Below are positions 36,635 to 46,804 of a DNA stretch of 64,000 nucleotides, in pieces; positions within the stretch are counted from its first letter, which is position 1, and every line of letters starts with the position of its first letter. The stretch covers positions 71,110-135,109 of the forward strand of contig CAZBBX010000002.1 in NCBI GenBank assembly GCA_964490325.1, in the 5' to 3' direction. A program made the position numbers and the translations under genes. The notes beneath the pieces were generated by a model, which was not told the DNA's origin, did not search any database, and was given only the letters and a program-made list of their open reading frames with translations. Source of the stretch: an uncultured Oscillospiraceae bacterium (GTDB lineage: Bacteria; Bacillota; Clostridia; Christensenellales; CAG-138).

Positions 36635-37483
36635 CTATGGTTTTTCGGGGGTCTCCAGCGTCACATGCGCGATCTTGCCCGCCCGAAACTCGTCCAGTAC
36701 GATGCGCGCAGCGCGCTCCGTGTCCGTCGTGCCGCCCTGCAGCAAAAAGCCGCGGCTTTGCGCCACCTGCTCCAAAAGCGCCTCCTTGGGGGCGTCTGTG
36801 TTCAGCTTTTTATAGCGCTCGGTGAGCTTGTCGGGACAGAGCTTGCTAAGGCAGAGCAGCAGTTCCCCCGCAAGCTCCTCCGCGTCCAGTATCTCATCGT
36901 TGATGGAACCCAAAAATGCCAAATGCTTGGCAAATTCCGCGTTCTCAAGCTTTGGCCAAAGCAGCCCCGGCGTGTCCAAAAGCTCCAGATAGGGCGTCAC
37001 CTTGACCCATTGCTTGCCCTTCGTCACGCCCGGCTTGTCGCCTGTCTTGGCGCGGTTCTCTCCCGCGATATGGTTGATAAGCGTGGACTTTCCCACGTTG
37101 GGAATGCCCACGATGAGTGCGCGCACGATGCGGTTCACGCCCCGCTCCAGGCTGCGGGAGACGCGCTCCGCCGCCGCCTTTTCGATGAGGGGCACGACCT
37201 TGCTGCGCGCAGCGTTGTTGCTTGCGTTCAGCTCGGCACAGTTGAGACCCTGCGCACGATAGTAGTTCGTCCAAGCGCGGTTCAGACCGGGGTCTGCAAG
37301 ATCGCTCTTGTTGAGCAGGATGATGCGCGCTTTGCCGACGAACAGCTCGTCAAAATCGGGGTTGCGCGACGCCAGCGGCGCACGGGCGTCCGTAAGCTCG
37401 ACGACCACGTCGATGAGCTTGAGATTCTCGGTAAGCATGCGGCGCGCCTTGGCCATATGCCCGGGGTACCATTGTATCTGCAT
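36635..37483 (-). CDS. rbgA: Ribosome biogenesis GTPase A (YlqF/RbgA)
   Basis: Circularly permuted GTPase: MQIQWYPGHMAKA, NKSDL, GIPNVGKST. Confidence 0.9.
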   Translation of the reverse strand: MQIQWYPGHMAKARRMLTENLKLIDVVVELTDARAPLASRNPDFDELFVGKARIILLNKSDLADPGLNRAWTNYYRAQGLNCAELNASNNAARSKVVPLIEKAAAERVSRSLERGVNRIVRALIVGIPNVGKSTLINHIAGENRAKTGDKPGVTKGKQWVKVTPYLELLDTPGLLWPKLENAEFAKHLAFLGSINDEILDAEELAGELLLCLSKLCPDKLTERYKKLNTDAPKEALLEQVAQSRGFLLQGGTTDTERAARIVLDEFRAGKIAHVTLETPEKP

Positions 37484-37515
37484 GGAACTTTCCTTTATAG
37501 ATCTTGTCTTTTTTT

Positions 37516-37543
37516 ACGGAAAAGCCCCGACCGAAGTCGGGGC
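37516..37543 (-). terminator. Rho-independent terminator after rplS
   Basis: GCCCCGAC (8 bp), TTCG tetraloop, GTCGGGGC (37524-37543), followed on the minus strand by TTTT. Confidence 0.7.
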
Positions 37544-37553
37544 AGCGCGTTCG

Positions 37554-37910
37554 TTATCGCTTGTCGATGATGCGCTCACGGACCTTGGCGGCCTTGCCGG
37601 TCAGATCGCGGAGGTAGAACAGCTTTGCACGGCGCACAACGCCGTGACGCACGACCTCGATGCGGCCGATGCGGGGGCTGTTGTACGGGAAGGTACGCTC
37701 TACGCCCACGCCGTAGGAAATGCGGCGCACGGTGAAGGACTTGCGGATGCCGCCGCCCTGGATCTTGATGACGATGCCCTCGAAGTTCTGCAGTCTCTCG
37801 CGGGTACCCTCGATGACCTTTACGAATACGCGGACGGTGTCGCCGACTTCCAGCTTGGGAAGGTCGCTGCGGAGCTGCTCTTTTTCGAGCTCACGAATGA
37901 TGTCTGACAT
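37554..37910 (-). CDS. rplS: 50S ribosomal protein L19
   Basis: 118 aa; GDTVRV..KVIEG.RER.Q.FEG.VI pattern. Confidence 0.95.
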   Translation of the reverse strand: MSDIIRELEKEQLRSDLPKLEVGDTVRVFVKVIEGTRERLQNFEGIVIKIQGGGIRKSFTVRRISYGVGVERTFPYNSPRIGRIEVVRHGVVRRAKLFYLRDLTGKAAKVRERIIDKR

Positions 37911-38019
37911 GAAATTTTCCTCCTTTAGATAGCTCGGTATCTAAGGCGTTCATACCCGAAGTGCAGCGGACCGCCTTTGTGCCAAAGCGCATTATATCAT
38001 AGCATTCTTGGCAATGCAA
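37911..38019 (-). promoter_or_regulatory. rplS promoter plus a structured 5' leader (candidate L19 autoregulatory leader)
   Basis: On the minus strand: TTGCAT (38019-38014), 17 nt, TATAAT (37996-37991). The leader of about 75 nt holds the hairpin TTAGATA-ccgagc-TATCTAA (37944-37925), directly abutting the AGGAGG RBS (37924-37919). Confidence 0.5.
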
Positions 38020-38030
38020 GCACAAAAATA

Positions 38031-38723
38031 CTATATTTTTGGATGTTTCCCGAAGTTTCCCAGCAGTTCCGGCCGCACGGCACGGGTCTTTTCGATGGCC
38101 TGCTGCCTGCGCCATGCCTCGATGTGGGCATGGTTGCCGTTTTGCAGCACCTTGGGCGCCTCGACGTCCCGAAACAGGGCGGGTCTGGTGTACTGCGGAT
38201 ACTCCAAGAGCCCATCGGAAAAGGACTCGTCCTCGGCGCTCTCGTCGCTGCCCAGCACCCCGGGTATGAAGCGGGAAACGCAGTCGATGAGCACCATGGC
38301 GGGCAGCTCGCCGCCCGTTAGGATGTAGTCGCCAACGGAGATCTCCTCGTCGATAACGCACATGGCGCGCTCGTCGATCCCTTCGTAATGTCCGCAGAGC
38401 AGCGCAAGGTCGCTCTCTGATGCAAGCTCCCGCGCCAATTCCGTTGTGAGCGTCCTTCCCCTTGGGGACAAGAAGATGCGCCGCACGCTGCGGCCCGCCG
38501 TCACAAGCTCCATGCAGTCCACAATGGGCTGCGCCAGCATGACCATGCCCGCGCCGCCGCCAAAGGGATAGTCGTCGGTCTTGTTGTGCTTGTTGTCCGT
38601 ATAGTCCCGAATGTTATGGGTGCGAATGTCCATCAGGCCGTTTAGCTGCGCCCTTGCAAGGATGCTGCTGCCCAGCACGCTCTCGAACATTTCGGGAAAG
38701 ACGGTAAGAACGTCAATTCGCAA
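38031..38723 (-). CDS. trmD: tRNA (guanine37-N1)-methyltransferase TrmD
   Basis: TTG 38723 after GGGAGGTGGG gives (M)RIDVLTVFPEMF. SPOUT knot motifs GGGAGMV and CGHYEGIDER. The track ORF carries a spurious 49-aa extension. Confidence 0.9.
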   Translation of the reverse strand: MRIDVLTVFPEMFESVLGSSILARAQLNGLMDIRTHNIRDYTDNKHNKTDDYPFGGGAGMVMLAQPIVDCMELVTAGRSVRRIFLSPRGRTLTTELARELASESDLALLCGHYEGIDERAMCVIDEEISVGDYILTGGELPAMVLIDCVSRFIPGVLGSDESAEDESFSDGLLEYPQYTRPALFRDVEAPKVLQNGNHAHIEAWRRQQAIEKTRAVRPELLGNFGKHPKI

Positions 38724-39231
38724 ACAGACCCACCTCCCGCAAGACCTCCGCATCGAACACGATGACCTTGTTTGCCGTATCGACCCGCTGCAAAAGCTTC
38801 TTGAGAGCGGGGACCATGAGCTTGCCGCCGTCGATGATATAGACGTCGTTTGCGCCTGTGGGCGCCACATCCGTGATGCGGCCGTAGCTCCTGCCCTCGG
38901 TATCCGTGACCGCGCAGCCGATCAGATCGGCAATAAAGTAGCTGTCCCGGGGCAGCTTGACTGCATGTGCCCGATCCACGCAAAGGTAGCTCCCGCGCAG
39001 CTGCTGCGCCGCTTCGGGCGTGTCATAGTCGTTGAGCTTGACAAGCACCGCATCCTTTGCAATGGATAAAACAGAAAGCTGCACGGGCGCTATCTGCCCC
39101 TGCAGCTCCAAGTATGCTTCGCGCAGCCCCGAAAAGCGCGCCGCGGAGTCGGTCAAAGGCTCCAGCTTGACCGCTCCGTGTACGCCGTGCGGGCGCACGA
39201 TACAGCCTATGCGAAACAGATCCGAATTCAC
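38713..39231 (-). CDS. rimM: 16S rRNA processing protein RimM
   Basis: GTG 39231 (GTGA overlap with the KH gene stop) gives (M)NSDLFRIGCIVRPHGVHGAVKLEPLTD, followed by a PRC barrel. Confidence 0.85.
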   Translation of the reverse strand: MNSDLFRIGCIVRPHGVHGAVKLEPLTDSAARFSGLREAYLELQGQIAPVQLSVLSIAKDAVLVKLNDYDTPEAAQQLRGSYLCVDRAHAVKLPRDSYFIADLIGCAVTDTEGRSYGRITDVAPTGANDVYIIDGGKLMVPALKKLLQRVDTANKVIVFDAEVLREVGLFAN

Positions 39232-39455
39232 AGGATCTCCACCATGTACTTCTTCTCGGAATTGATGGACGCCGCCTTGACAAGTGTGCGGATGGCCTTG
39301 GCGATGCGCCCCTGCTTGCCGATGACCTTGCCCACGTCGGACGGGTCGACCGAAAGCTCGATGACGAAGCAAGCCTCATCCTCGCGCATTTCGACCTTGA
39401 CCGCCTCCGGCTTGTCTACAAGGCTTTCGGCGATGAACTGTACAAGCTTATCCAT
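39228..39455 (-). CDS. KH domain RNA-binding protein (YlqC-like)
   Basis: MDKLVQFIAESLVDKPEAV...GKVIGKQGRIAKAIRTL; conserved position between rpsP and rimM. Confidence 0.85.
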   Translation of the reverse strand: MDKLVQFIAESLVDKPEAVKVEMREDEACFVIELSVDPSDVGKVIGKQGRIAKAIRTLVKAASINSEKKYMVEIL

Positions 39456-39468
39456 CGCGCCGCTCCGC

Positions 39469-39711
39469 TTACTCGATCGCGCCGCTCTTCTTGAGCAGGG
39501 CACGAACGGTGTCGGTGGGTTGTGCGCCCTTCTTCATCCAGTCGGCAGCGCGCTCGTTATCGACCTTCAGCTCCACGGGCTCGGAAACGGGGTTGTAGTA
39601 GCCCAGCTCCTCAACGAATGCGCCGTTGCGGGGTGCGCGGGAATCCGCCACGATGATGCGGTAGAAAGGAGCCTTCTTTGCGCCCATGCGGCGCAGTCTG
39701 ATCTTCAACAT
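39469..39711 (-). CDS. rpsP: 30S ribosomal protein S16
   Basis: [25 protein letters not shown]. Confidence 0.95.
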   Translation of the reverse strand: MLKIRLRRMGAKKAPFYRIIVADSRAPRNGAFVEELGYYNPVSEPVELKVDNERAADWMKKGAQPTDTVRALLKKSGAIE

Positions 39712-39771
39712 TGTTTGTATCCTCCAATTTATTGTTGCCTGTTTATCCGAAAACGGTCTCCCGTTTGCGTC

Positions 39772-41118
39772 CTACATACCGAAGGGGAAGCCGCCCCTCC
39801 TGCCCTTTTTGCCTAACTTGCCCATCTTGCCGCCCGTCATCTGCTTCATCAGCTTGCGGGAGCTTTCAAATTGATTCATCAGGCGGTTGACGTCCTGCAC
39901 GCTCATGCCGCTGCCCTTGGCGATGCGCCTGCGGCGGCTTGCGTTGAGGATGTCGGGATCCTTGCGCTCGGCGGGCGTCATGGACTGGATGATGGCCTTG
40001 GTGCGCGCCATCTGCTTTTCATCGACCTGCAGCTGACCGACCTTGCCGCTCATGCCCGGGATCATACCGATCAGCTCCTCCATGGAGCCCATGTCCTTCA
40101 TCTGCTCCAACTGATCGAGGAAGTCCTCCAGCGTGAAGCTGTCGGTGCGCATTTTCTTTTCCAGCTCCGCCGCCTTTTTGTCGTCGAAGTTCTGCTGCGC
40201 CTTCTCGATGAGCGTCAGTACATCGCCCATGCCCAGTATACGGCTTGCCATGCGGTCGGGATGGAAGGGCTCGATGTCGGTGAGCTTCTCGCCCGTGCCC
40301 GAAAACTTGATGGGCTTGCCCGTGACCGCTCTTGCCGAAAGCGCCGCACCGCCTCTGGTGTCGCCGTCCAGCTTGGTCAACACGATGCCTGTGAGCGGCA
40401 CCGCCTCGTTGAAGGCCTTTGCCACGTTCACCGCGTCCTGCCCCGTCATGGCGTCGACCACAAGCAGGATCTCGGCAGGCTGCACCGCGTCGCGGATGCG
40501 CTTTAGCTCGTCCATCATCTCGCCGTCGATGTGCAGTCTGCCTGCGGTATCGATGATGACCACATCCAAAAAATTGTGCTTGGCAAAGTCGATGGCCTTC
40601 TTGGCCGTGTCCACCGGGTCGTTCTTGCCCAGCTCAAACACCTGCGCGTCCACCTTTGCGCCTACGACCTTGAGCTGATCGATGGCGGCGGGACGATACA
40701 CATCGCAGCCGACCAAGAGCGGCGATTTGCCGTATTGCTTTTTCAATAGACCCGCAAGCTTGGCGCACATGGTCGTCTTACCTGCGCCCTGCAGACCCGC
40801 CATGAGGATGACCGCAGGCTTGACGGAGCCAAACTCCAGCTTTGCGTTGGCGCCGCCCATCAGTCGCGTCAGCTCCTCGTTGACGATCTTGATGATCTGC
40901 TGACCCGGGGTGAGGCTTTCCAACACCTCCGCGCCAACAGCGCGATCCGTGACCGTCTTGATGAAGTCCTTGACCACCAGATAGTTGACGTCCGCCTCGA
41001 GCAGCGCCAGCTTGATCTCGCGCATGGCCTCCTTGACGTCCTTTTCGCTCAGGCGGCCGCGTCCCGTCAGCTTCTTAAAAACGCTTTGCAGCTTGGATGA
41101 AATGCCTTCAAACGCCAT
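39772..41118 (-). CDS. ffh: Signal recognition particle protein Ffh
   Basis: ATG 41118 after GGGAGGA gives MAFEGISSKLQSVFKKL. NG domain GLQGAGKTT and DTAGR, plus a Met-rich M domain. Confidence 0.95.
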   Translation of the reverse strand: MAFEGISSKLQSVFKKLTGRGRLSEKDVKEAMREIKLALLEADVNYLVVKDFIKTVTDRAVGAEVLESLTPGQQIIKIVNEELTRLMGGANAKLEFGSVKPAVILMAGLQGAGKTTMCAKLAGLLKKQYGKSPLLVGCDVYRPAAIDQLKVVGAKVDAQVFELGKNDPVDTAKKAIDFAKHNFLDVVIIDTAGRLHIDGEMMDELKRIRDAVQPAEILLVVDAMTGQDAVNVAKAFNEAVPLTGIVLTKLDGDTRGGAALSARAVTGKPIKFSGTGEKLTDIEPFHPDRMASRILGMGDVLTLIEKAQQNFDDKKAAELEKKMRTDSFTLEDFLDQLEQMKDMGSMEELIGMIPGMSGKVGQLQVDEKQMARTKAIIQSMTPAERKDPDILNASRRRRIAKGSGMSVQDVNRLMNQFESSRKLMKQMTGGKMGKLGKKGRRGGFPFGM

Positions 41119-41464
41119 CTTCGTCCTCCCATACCGCAAGTAGTTCGTTTAGCTCGTCCTTGAGCGCATCACGCGCCTGCTTTTTAAGCGGCAGCGCGTC
41201 CAGCGTCTCGTACAGTGACCGCGCACGCCTTTGCTGCTCGTCCAAGCGGCGTACAAGCCCCAAGGCGCACTCCAGCTCGCACAGCTGCTGCATGGCCCTT
41301 GCCAAGGTGTCGTGTACCCCTTGGCGGCTGATGCCCTCGCGCTCGGCGATCTCGGACAGCGTGCAGTTTTCATACACATACTGCGCCGTGATACCGCGCT
41401 GCCTGTCCGTGAGCAAAGCGCCATAGGCGTCCAGTAAACGTCCCTGTTCGATCAAACGCTCCAT
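41108..41464 (-). CDS. ylxM: YlxM (UPF0122) putative HTH protein
   Basis: LLDAYGALLTDRQRGITAQYVYENCTLSEIAEREGISRQGV; conserved position upstream of ffh. Confidence 0.85.
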   Translation of the reverse strand: MERLIEQGRLLDAYGALLTDRQRGITAQYVYENCTLSEIAEREGISRQGVHDTLARAMQQLCELECALGLVRRLDEQQRRARSLYETLDALPLKKQARDALKDELNELLAVWEDEDGV

Positions 41465-41543
41465 ACCGTCTCCGTACTGTAAAGGGAAATGCCTTTACAC
41501 TTGTTTTATTATACACATACGGAGCGGCTTGTCAAGCATCTTT

Positions 41544-42443
41544 TTACAGCAAAGCCGCCGCAAAGTCATCCGCGTCGAAGCGCTGCAGATCGTCTATGCC
41601 CTCGCCCACGCCGATGAAGCGCACGGGAACGCGCAGGGTGTCGAAGATGTTGACCACCACGCCGCCCTTGGCGGTACCGTCCAGCTTGGTAAGGATCACG
41701 CCCGACAGCGGCGCGACCTGTTGGAACGCCTCCGCCTGCGCCACGGCATTCTGCCCCGTTGTGGCATCCAGTACCAGCAGCACCTCGCAGGGCACAGTGG
41801 GCAGCTCCCTTACGATGACGCGGGTGATCTTGCCCAGCTCGTTCATCAGATTCTTCTTGTTGTGCAGTCTGCCCGCCGTGTCACAGATGAGCAGGTCGCA
41901 GCCCTTCGCCTTGTAGGAAGCGATCGCATCGAACACCACAGCCGCGGGATCCGCGCCCTCACCATGCTTGACCATCGGCACGTCTGCGCGCTTGGCCCAC
42001 TCGCCAAGCTGCTCTGCCGCAGCTGCACGGAAGGTATCCGCCGCCGCCAGCATGGGACGGCGTCCCTTTTGGCGGTAGGCGTTTGCGATCTTGCCGATGG
42101 ATGTGGTCTTGCCCACGCCGTTCACGCCGACGATCAGCAGCACGCAGGGACCTTCATCCGCCGCGAAAGCATCCGTTTGGCGCACGGTATCCGCGATGAG
42201 GCGGATCAACGCGCTGCGCGCCTCGTCCCGCCGCTGCAGCTTCTGCTCCTTGACGAGCTTTTTGAGCGCCTCCGTCAAACGCGTCGCCGTGGGAACGCCC
42301 ATGTCAGCCAGGATCATGGATTCCTCCAGCTCCTCATAGAACGCGTCGTCTATGCGCTCCTGCGAAAACAGACCCGAAAACCAGCTTCCCGTCTTGCCCA
42401 AGCCCTGCTTGAGTTTACTGAAAAAGCCCTTCTTTTCTTCCAT
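41544..42443 (-). CDS. ftsY: Signal recognition particle receptor FtsY
   Basis: NG domain: GVNGVGKTTSIGK, DTAGRL, TKLDGTAKGG. Confidence 0.95.
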   Translation of the reverse strand: MEEKKGFFSKLKQGLGKTGSWFSGLFSQERIDDAFYEELEESMILADMGVPTATRLTEALKKLVKEQKLQRRDEARSALIRLIADTVRQTDAFAADEGPCVLLIVGVNGVGKTTSIGKIANAYRQKGRRPMLAAADTFRAAAAEQLGEWAKRADVPMVKHGEGADPAAVVFDAIASYKAKGCDLLICDTAGRLHNKKNLMNELGKITRVIVRELPTVPCEVLLVLDATTGQNAVAQAEAFQQVAPLSGVILTKLDGTAKGGVVVNIFDTLRVPVRFIGVGEGIDDLQRFDADDFAAALL

Positions 42444-42446
42444 ACT

Positions 42447-45400
42447 TTAGGATGCCTCCTCAAATTTTGCGGATACGATGCTGCTTACGCCCTTCTCCTC
42501 CATCGCCACGCCGTACAGCGTGTCGCACACCTCCATGCTGCCCTTGCGGTGGGTGATGAGGATGAACTGCGTATCAGCGGAATACGCCTTCAGGTAGGCG
42601 GCAAAGCGCTCTACGTTCGCCTCGTCCAGCGAGGTCTCGATCTCGTCCAGCACGCAGAAGGCGGGCGCCTTGAGCTCCAACAGCGCAAACAGCAGCGCAA
42701 TGGCGGTCATGGCGCGTTCGCCGCCCGACAGCAGGCTTAAAAGCTGCAGCTTCTTGCCCGGGGGCTGCGCAATGATGTCCACATCGCAGTTGAGCACGTC
42801 CTTCTCGTCGGCAAGCAGCAGCTCCGCGTGTCCGCCGCCAAAGAGCTTTTCAAAGACCTCCGAGAAGTTCTTTTGTACCTTTGCAAACTCGGTCGTAAAG
42901 ACGCGGCGCATGGCGTCGGTCAGCTTTTCGATCAGCTCCGTCAGGTCTTCCTTGGCCTTTAACAGATCCGCATACTGCTTGGACAGCTCCTCGTACCTTG
43001 TCGAGACCGCCGCAAAGTCCTCTATGGCGGAAAGATTGACGTCGCCAAGGGCGCGGACGCCGCTCTTCAGCTCCGCTATGCGCACATTGGTGCTGCCGAT
43101 GGGCAGCTCACGCTTCAAGGGCAGCGCGTTCTCGTAGGTCAGCTCGTAGCGCTCAAACAGTGCGTCCAAGCTCTGCTTTTGCTCCATCTCCAAGCGGTCG
43201 GCGGCAAGCTCGGTCTTGTGCCGCTTGTCCTCCAGCTCGGCGTTTTTTTGATGCAGCTGCTCCCGTTCGTCCCTGCGATGCGACAGCAGCTCGTTCTCCG
43301 CCGTGCGCTCGTCCTCCAAGCGCTTCAGCTCCGTCCGCGCCTCCGCGATCACATCCTGCTTGTCCGTTTGCGCCTGCTCCATCTCCGCTATCCGCGCCTT
43401 GGCACTGCGTATCTTGATAAGGCAGTCGGCAGATCCCGCTTCGATGCTGCCGAGGCGCTCCTTCGTCTCCGCGCTCTCGCGCTCCAAGCGCCTGCGCTCC
43501 CGCTCCCGCGCCTCCGTTTCACGCGTAAGCGCCGCTTCCTCCACGCGCAGCGTCTGCAGCGACTGCGCAAGCGTTTCCCGCTCCGTGCGGTGCGCGTTTA
43601 GGGCTTGCTGCGCCCTTGCCACATCCTCGCGGCTGACGGCGTCTCCCTGCTCGATGGACTCGCTGAGCTGACGGGACGCTTGAATACGCGCCTCCACGTC
43701 GGCGCGATCCTCCGCCGTGTCGGACAGGGCGGTGGTAAGCTCGTCCCTGTGTTGGGCGGAGCGCTGTATGTCGCGCTCAATGATGCGGCACTGCTCAAAC
43801 TGCTTGGCAAGCGCCAGTTCGCTTTCGTGCAGCGCCGTGCGGCAGGCTGTGATGCTGTTTTCGCAGCGCTCCACGTCCACCTTGAGCTGTTCGATCACGC
43901 TTGCTTTCTCCGCGCAGGCGGCCTTTTGTGCCTTGATCTGTTCGTTCAGCTCGCCAAGCTCGCGTTCGCGGCTGAGCAGGCTGAAGCTGCGGCTCTGCAC
44001 GCTGCCGCCCGTCATGGTGCCGCCCGTGCTGATATAGTCGCCCTTGAGCGTGACGATGTGGAACGTCCCGCGGGACTGCTGCTTGAGCGCGATCCCGCTG
44101 TTGAGGTCGGTCACGATCACCGTACGCCCCAAAAGATAGTCGATGGCCTTTTTGACGCTCTTGTCGCAGTCGATCAGCTCCGACGCGACGCCGATGCAGC
44201 CCTTTTCGCCAAGATAGCGCCGCTCCGCCGCGTCCAAGGGTCGGACGGAAAGCAGGGACAGCGGCAGCACCGTCGCACGGCCGTATTCACGCCTGCGCAG
44301 CTGCTCGATGACCGCCTTGGCGTCCTCGGCGTTGCGCGTGACAAGGTTTTGCAGCGAACCGCCCAACGCCATGCTGACGGCGGTCTCGTATTCGGCGGGA
44401 ACACGAATCAGCTCCGCCACAACGCCAAGGATGCGGCTGTTCAGCTCGCCGTCCGTTTCCGCATCCCGAAGCAGCAAACGAACGCTGTTTTGATAGCCCT
44501 CGCGGGAACGCTTCATTTCGGCAAGCACATGTGCGCGGGAGGACAGCGCGCCTAAATTCTGCTCCAAAAGGCGCTGCTCGCTCCCCCGTGCCGCGCATTC
44601 GCCCTCCAAGCGCAGCCGCTCCTGCTCCGCCTTTGAGAGCCGTTCGCGGCAAGCCGTACGCTCAGCTTCCTCCGCAGTCCTTTGGGTGGCGGCTCTTTCG
44701 GCTTCCTCCGCTAAATCTTCCTGCTCCGTTTCCGCCTCGGCAAGCTCTGTTCTTAGCTCCGCCGCACGGGCGTCCAAGGCGTTTAGCATGGCTTCGCAGC
44801 GGGACAGGTCGCTCTTGGCATCGGAAAGGCGGTTGAGCTGCGCCATGATGCGCTCCTTCTTCTCGTCCAGTTCGCCTTCCTCGCCCTTCAGCGCCTCGTC
44901 TGCCGCACCCAAGGCGGCCTCCGCCTCGCGGATCTGCTGCTGCAGCGCCGCTACCGCCGCCGCATCGTTCTTGCCCTCGCCCTGCTCGATAAGCGAGCTG
45001 TGCAGCAGCGCAAGCTTTGCTGTTGCCGTTTCGCGCTCCGCAGCAAGCCTTGCAAGCTCCGCTTCCCCCTGCTCTGCGTTGGCGATGAGCAATTTGCATT
45101 CTCCCGCGCTCTTTTCCGCGCCTGCAAGCAGCTCCATCAGGACGTTTTGCCGCTTGCTCAACGCCTCGTCCAGTGTGCGGATCCGCTCCTCATGCGATAG
45201 GCACTGCGTTTTCAGCTCCTCGTCCATGGTGGAAGCGTCGGCAAGCTCCGTGTCCAGCGCGGTCTTGAGCGCGGCAAGCGCATTTCCGCGCTCCCGATTC
45301 TTGTCCGTCTGGTACAGGAGCATACTCACTTCCAGCTCCTTCAGCTCATCGCGCAGCTTGAGGTAGCTCTTTGCCCTGTCGCTTTGCTCCCGCAGCGGAT

Positions 45401-46007
45401 CGATGCGCGCCTGCAGCTCGCCTAAAATGTCATAGATGCGCTCCATGTTCTTTTGGGTGGCGTCCAGCTTACGCTCCGCCTCCTCCTTGCGCACCCGAAA
45501 GCGCATCACGCCTGCGGCCTCCTCCAGCGCGGTGCGGCGATCCATGGACTTGTTGGACAGGATCTCGTCCACCTTGCCCTGTCCGATGATGGAATAACCG
45601 TCCTTGCCGATGCCTGTGTCGCGGAACAGATCCAGCACGTCCATGAGGCGGCATGCCGTGCCGTTGATGCTGTACTCGCTGCCGCCTGTGCGGTACACGC
45701 GGCGGCTGACGGTGATCTCGCCATAGTCCAGCGGGAGCTTATGGTCGCTGTTGTCAAAGGTCAGCGCCACCTCGCAAAAGGCCTGTGCGCGGCGGGACTG
45801 CGTCCCGTTGAAGATGACGTCCTCCATGCGCGCACCGCGCAGAGCCTTGGCGCTCTGTTCGCCCAAGACCCAACGCACGGCGTCGGCAAGGTTGCTCTTA
45901 CCGCTGCCGTTTGGCCCGATCACCGCCGTGATGCCGCTGCCAAATTGTAATTCTGTTTTCTTTGCAAAGGATTTGAACCCCTGCAGCTCCAGTTTTGTAA
46001 GTCGCAA
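42447..46007 (-). CDS. smc: Chromosome segregation protein SMC
   Basis: 1186 aa. Walker A GPNGSGKSN, long coiled coils, a hinge, the LSGGE signature and Walker B CVLDEIE. Confidence 0.95.
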   Translation of the reverse strand: MRLTKLELQGFKSFAKKTELQFGSGITAVIGPNGSGKSNLADAVRWVLGEQSAKALRGARMEDVIFNGTQSRRAQAFCEVALTFDNSDHKLPLDYGEITVSRRVYRTGGSEYSINGTACRLMDVLDLFRDTGIGKDGYSIIGQGKVDEILSNKSMDRRTALEEAAGVMRFRVRKEEAERKLDATQKNMERIYDILGELQARIDPLREQSDRAKSYLKLRDELKELEVSMLLYQTDKNRERGNALAALKTALDTELADASTMDEELKTQCLSHEERIRTLDEALSKRQNVLMELLAGAEKSAGECKLLIANAEQGEAELARLAAERETATAKLALLHSSLIEQGEGKNDAAAVAALQQQIREAEAALGAADEALKGEEGELDEKKERIMAQLNRLSDAKSDLSRCEAMLNALDARAAELRTELAEAETEQEDLAEEAERAATQRTAEEAERTACRERLSKAEQERLRLEGECAARGSEQRLLEQNLGALSSRAHVLAEMKRSREGYQNSVRLLLRDAETDGELNSRILGVVAELIRVPAEYETAVSMALGGSLQNLVTRNAEDAKAVIEQLRRREYGRATVLPLSLLSVRPLDAAERRYLGEKGCIGVASELIDCDKSVKKAIDYLLGRTVIVTDLNSGIALKQQSRGTFHIVTLKGDYISTGGTMTGGSVQSRSFSLLSRERELGELNEQIKAQKAACAEKASVIEQLKVDVERCENSITACRTALHESELALAKQFEQCRIIERDIQRSAQHRDELTTALSDTAEDRADVEARIQASRQLSESIEQGDAVSREDVARAQQALNAHRTERETLAQSLQTLRVEEAALTRETEARERERRRLERESAETKERLGSIEAGSADCLIKIRSAKARIAEMEQAQTDKQDVIAEARTELKRLEDERTAENELLSHRRDEREQLHQKNAELEDKRHKTELAADRLEMEQKQSLDALFERYELTYENALPLKRELPIGSTNVRIAELKSGVRALGDVNLSAIEDFAAVSTRYEELSKQYADLLKAKEDLTELIEKLTDAMRRVFTTEFAKVQKNFSEVFEKLFGGGHAELLLADEKDVLNCDVDIIAQPPGKKLQLLSLLSGGERAMTAIALLFALLELKAPAFCVLDEIETSLDEANVERFAAYLKAYSADTQFILITHRKGSMEVCDTLYGVAMEEKGVSSIVSAKFEEAS

Positions 46008-46014
46008 AAGTGTG

Positions 46015-46725
46015 CTACCTTCCGTTTATTCCCAACAGCTCCAGTGCCTTGCGCGCTGCGTCCTGCCCCGCCTGCTGCTTGGTGGCGCCGCTGCCCTCGC
46101 CCAACACCTTGTCGTCGAACAGCACCTCCATATGGAACAGCTTGTGATGATCCGGACCTTCTTCCCCCATGAGCCGATAGGTGGGCAGTCTGCCCTCGTA
46201 CTTCGCCTGCGTATACTCCTGCAGGCGCGTCTTGGCGTCCGTCTGCTGAATGCCCACGGCGGCGGGTGCAAAGCTGTTTGTCACATGCGCCGCAATAAAG
46301 CTTTGCGCCGCCTCCAAGCCCCCGTCCAGATAGATCGCGCAGATGACCGCTTCCATGGCGTCCGACACGATGGAGGGCTTGCTGCGTCCGCCCATCGCGT
46401 CCTCGCCGTGCGAAAGCAGGATGTGTTTAGCAAGGCCAATAGGCTCCGCGTCCCGAAACAGCGCCGTCTCGCAGACCAGCTCGGCGCGGGCTCTGGTCAT
46501 GCTGCCCTCCTGCATGTCGGGGTAGGTATGGTACAAAAAGTCGGATACGCACAGCTCCAGCACGGCGTCGCCCAGATACTCCATGCGTTCGTTGTCCCTT
46601 GGCGTCCGACCCTCCGCTTTATAGAACGAAGAATGCGTCAAGGCGCGGGTCAACAGGGCGCGATCCGAAAAGTGATAGCCGAGCTTGTCCTCCAGCTCCG
46701 CGATGCGATCAAAAATGGTCTTCAT
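46015..46725 (-). CDS. rnc: Ribonuclease III
   Basis: NERMEYLGDAVLE signature and a C-terminal dsRBD. Confidence 0.95.
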   Translation of the reverse strand: MKTIFDRIAELEDKLGYHFSDRALLTRALTHSSFYKAEGRTPRDNERMEYLGDAVLELCVSDFLYHTYPDMQEGSMTRARAELVCETALFRDAEPIGLAKHILLSHGEDAMGGRSKPSIVSDAMEAVICAIYLDGGLEAAQSFIAAHVTNSFAPAAVGIQQTDAKTRLQEYTQAKYEGRLPTYRLMGEEGPDHHKLFHMEVLFDDKVLGEGSGATKQQAGQDAARKALELLGINGR

Positions 46726-46753
46726 ACGGCTCCGATCCGTCCGTAAACAAGCG

Positions 46754-46779
46754 AAAAAACCCGCACCTATAGGGTGCGG
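46754..46779 (-). terminator. Rho-independent terminator after acpP
   Basis: CCGCACC, 5-nt loop, GGTGCGG (46761-46779), followed on the minus strand by GTTTTTT. Confidence 0.7.
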
Positions 46780-46804
46780 ATCCTTCGATTGCCGCGGACA
46801 AACA

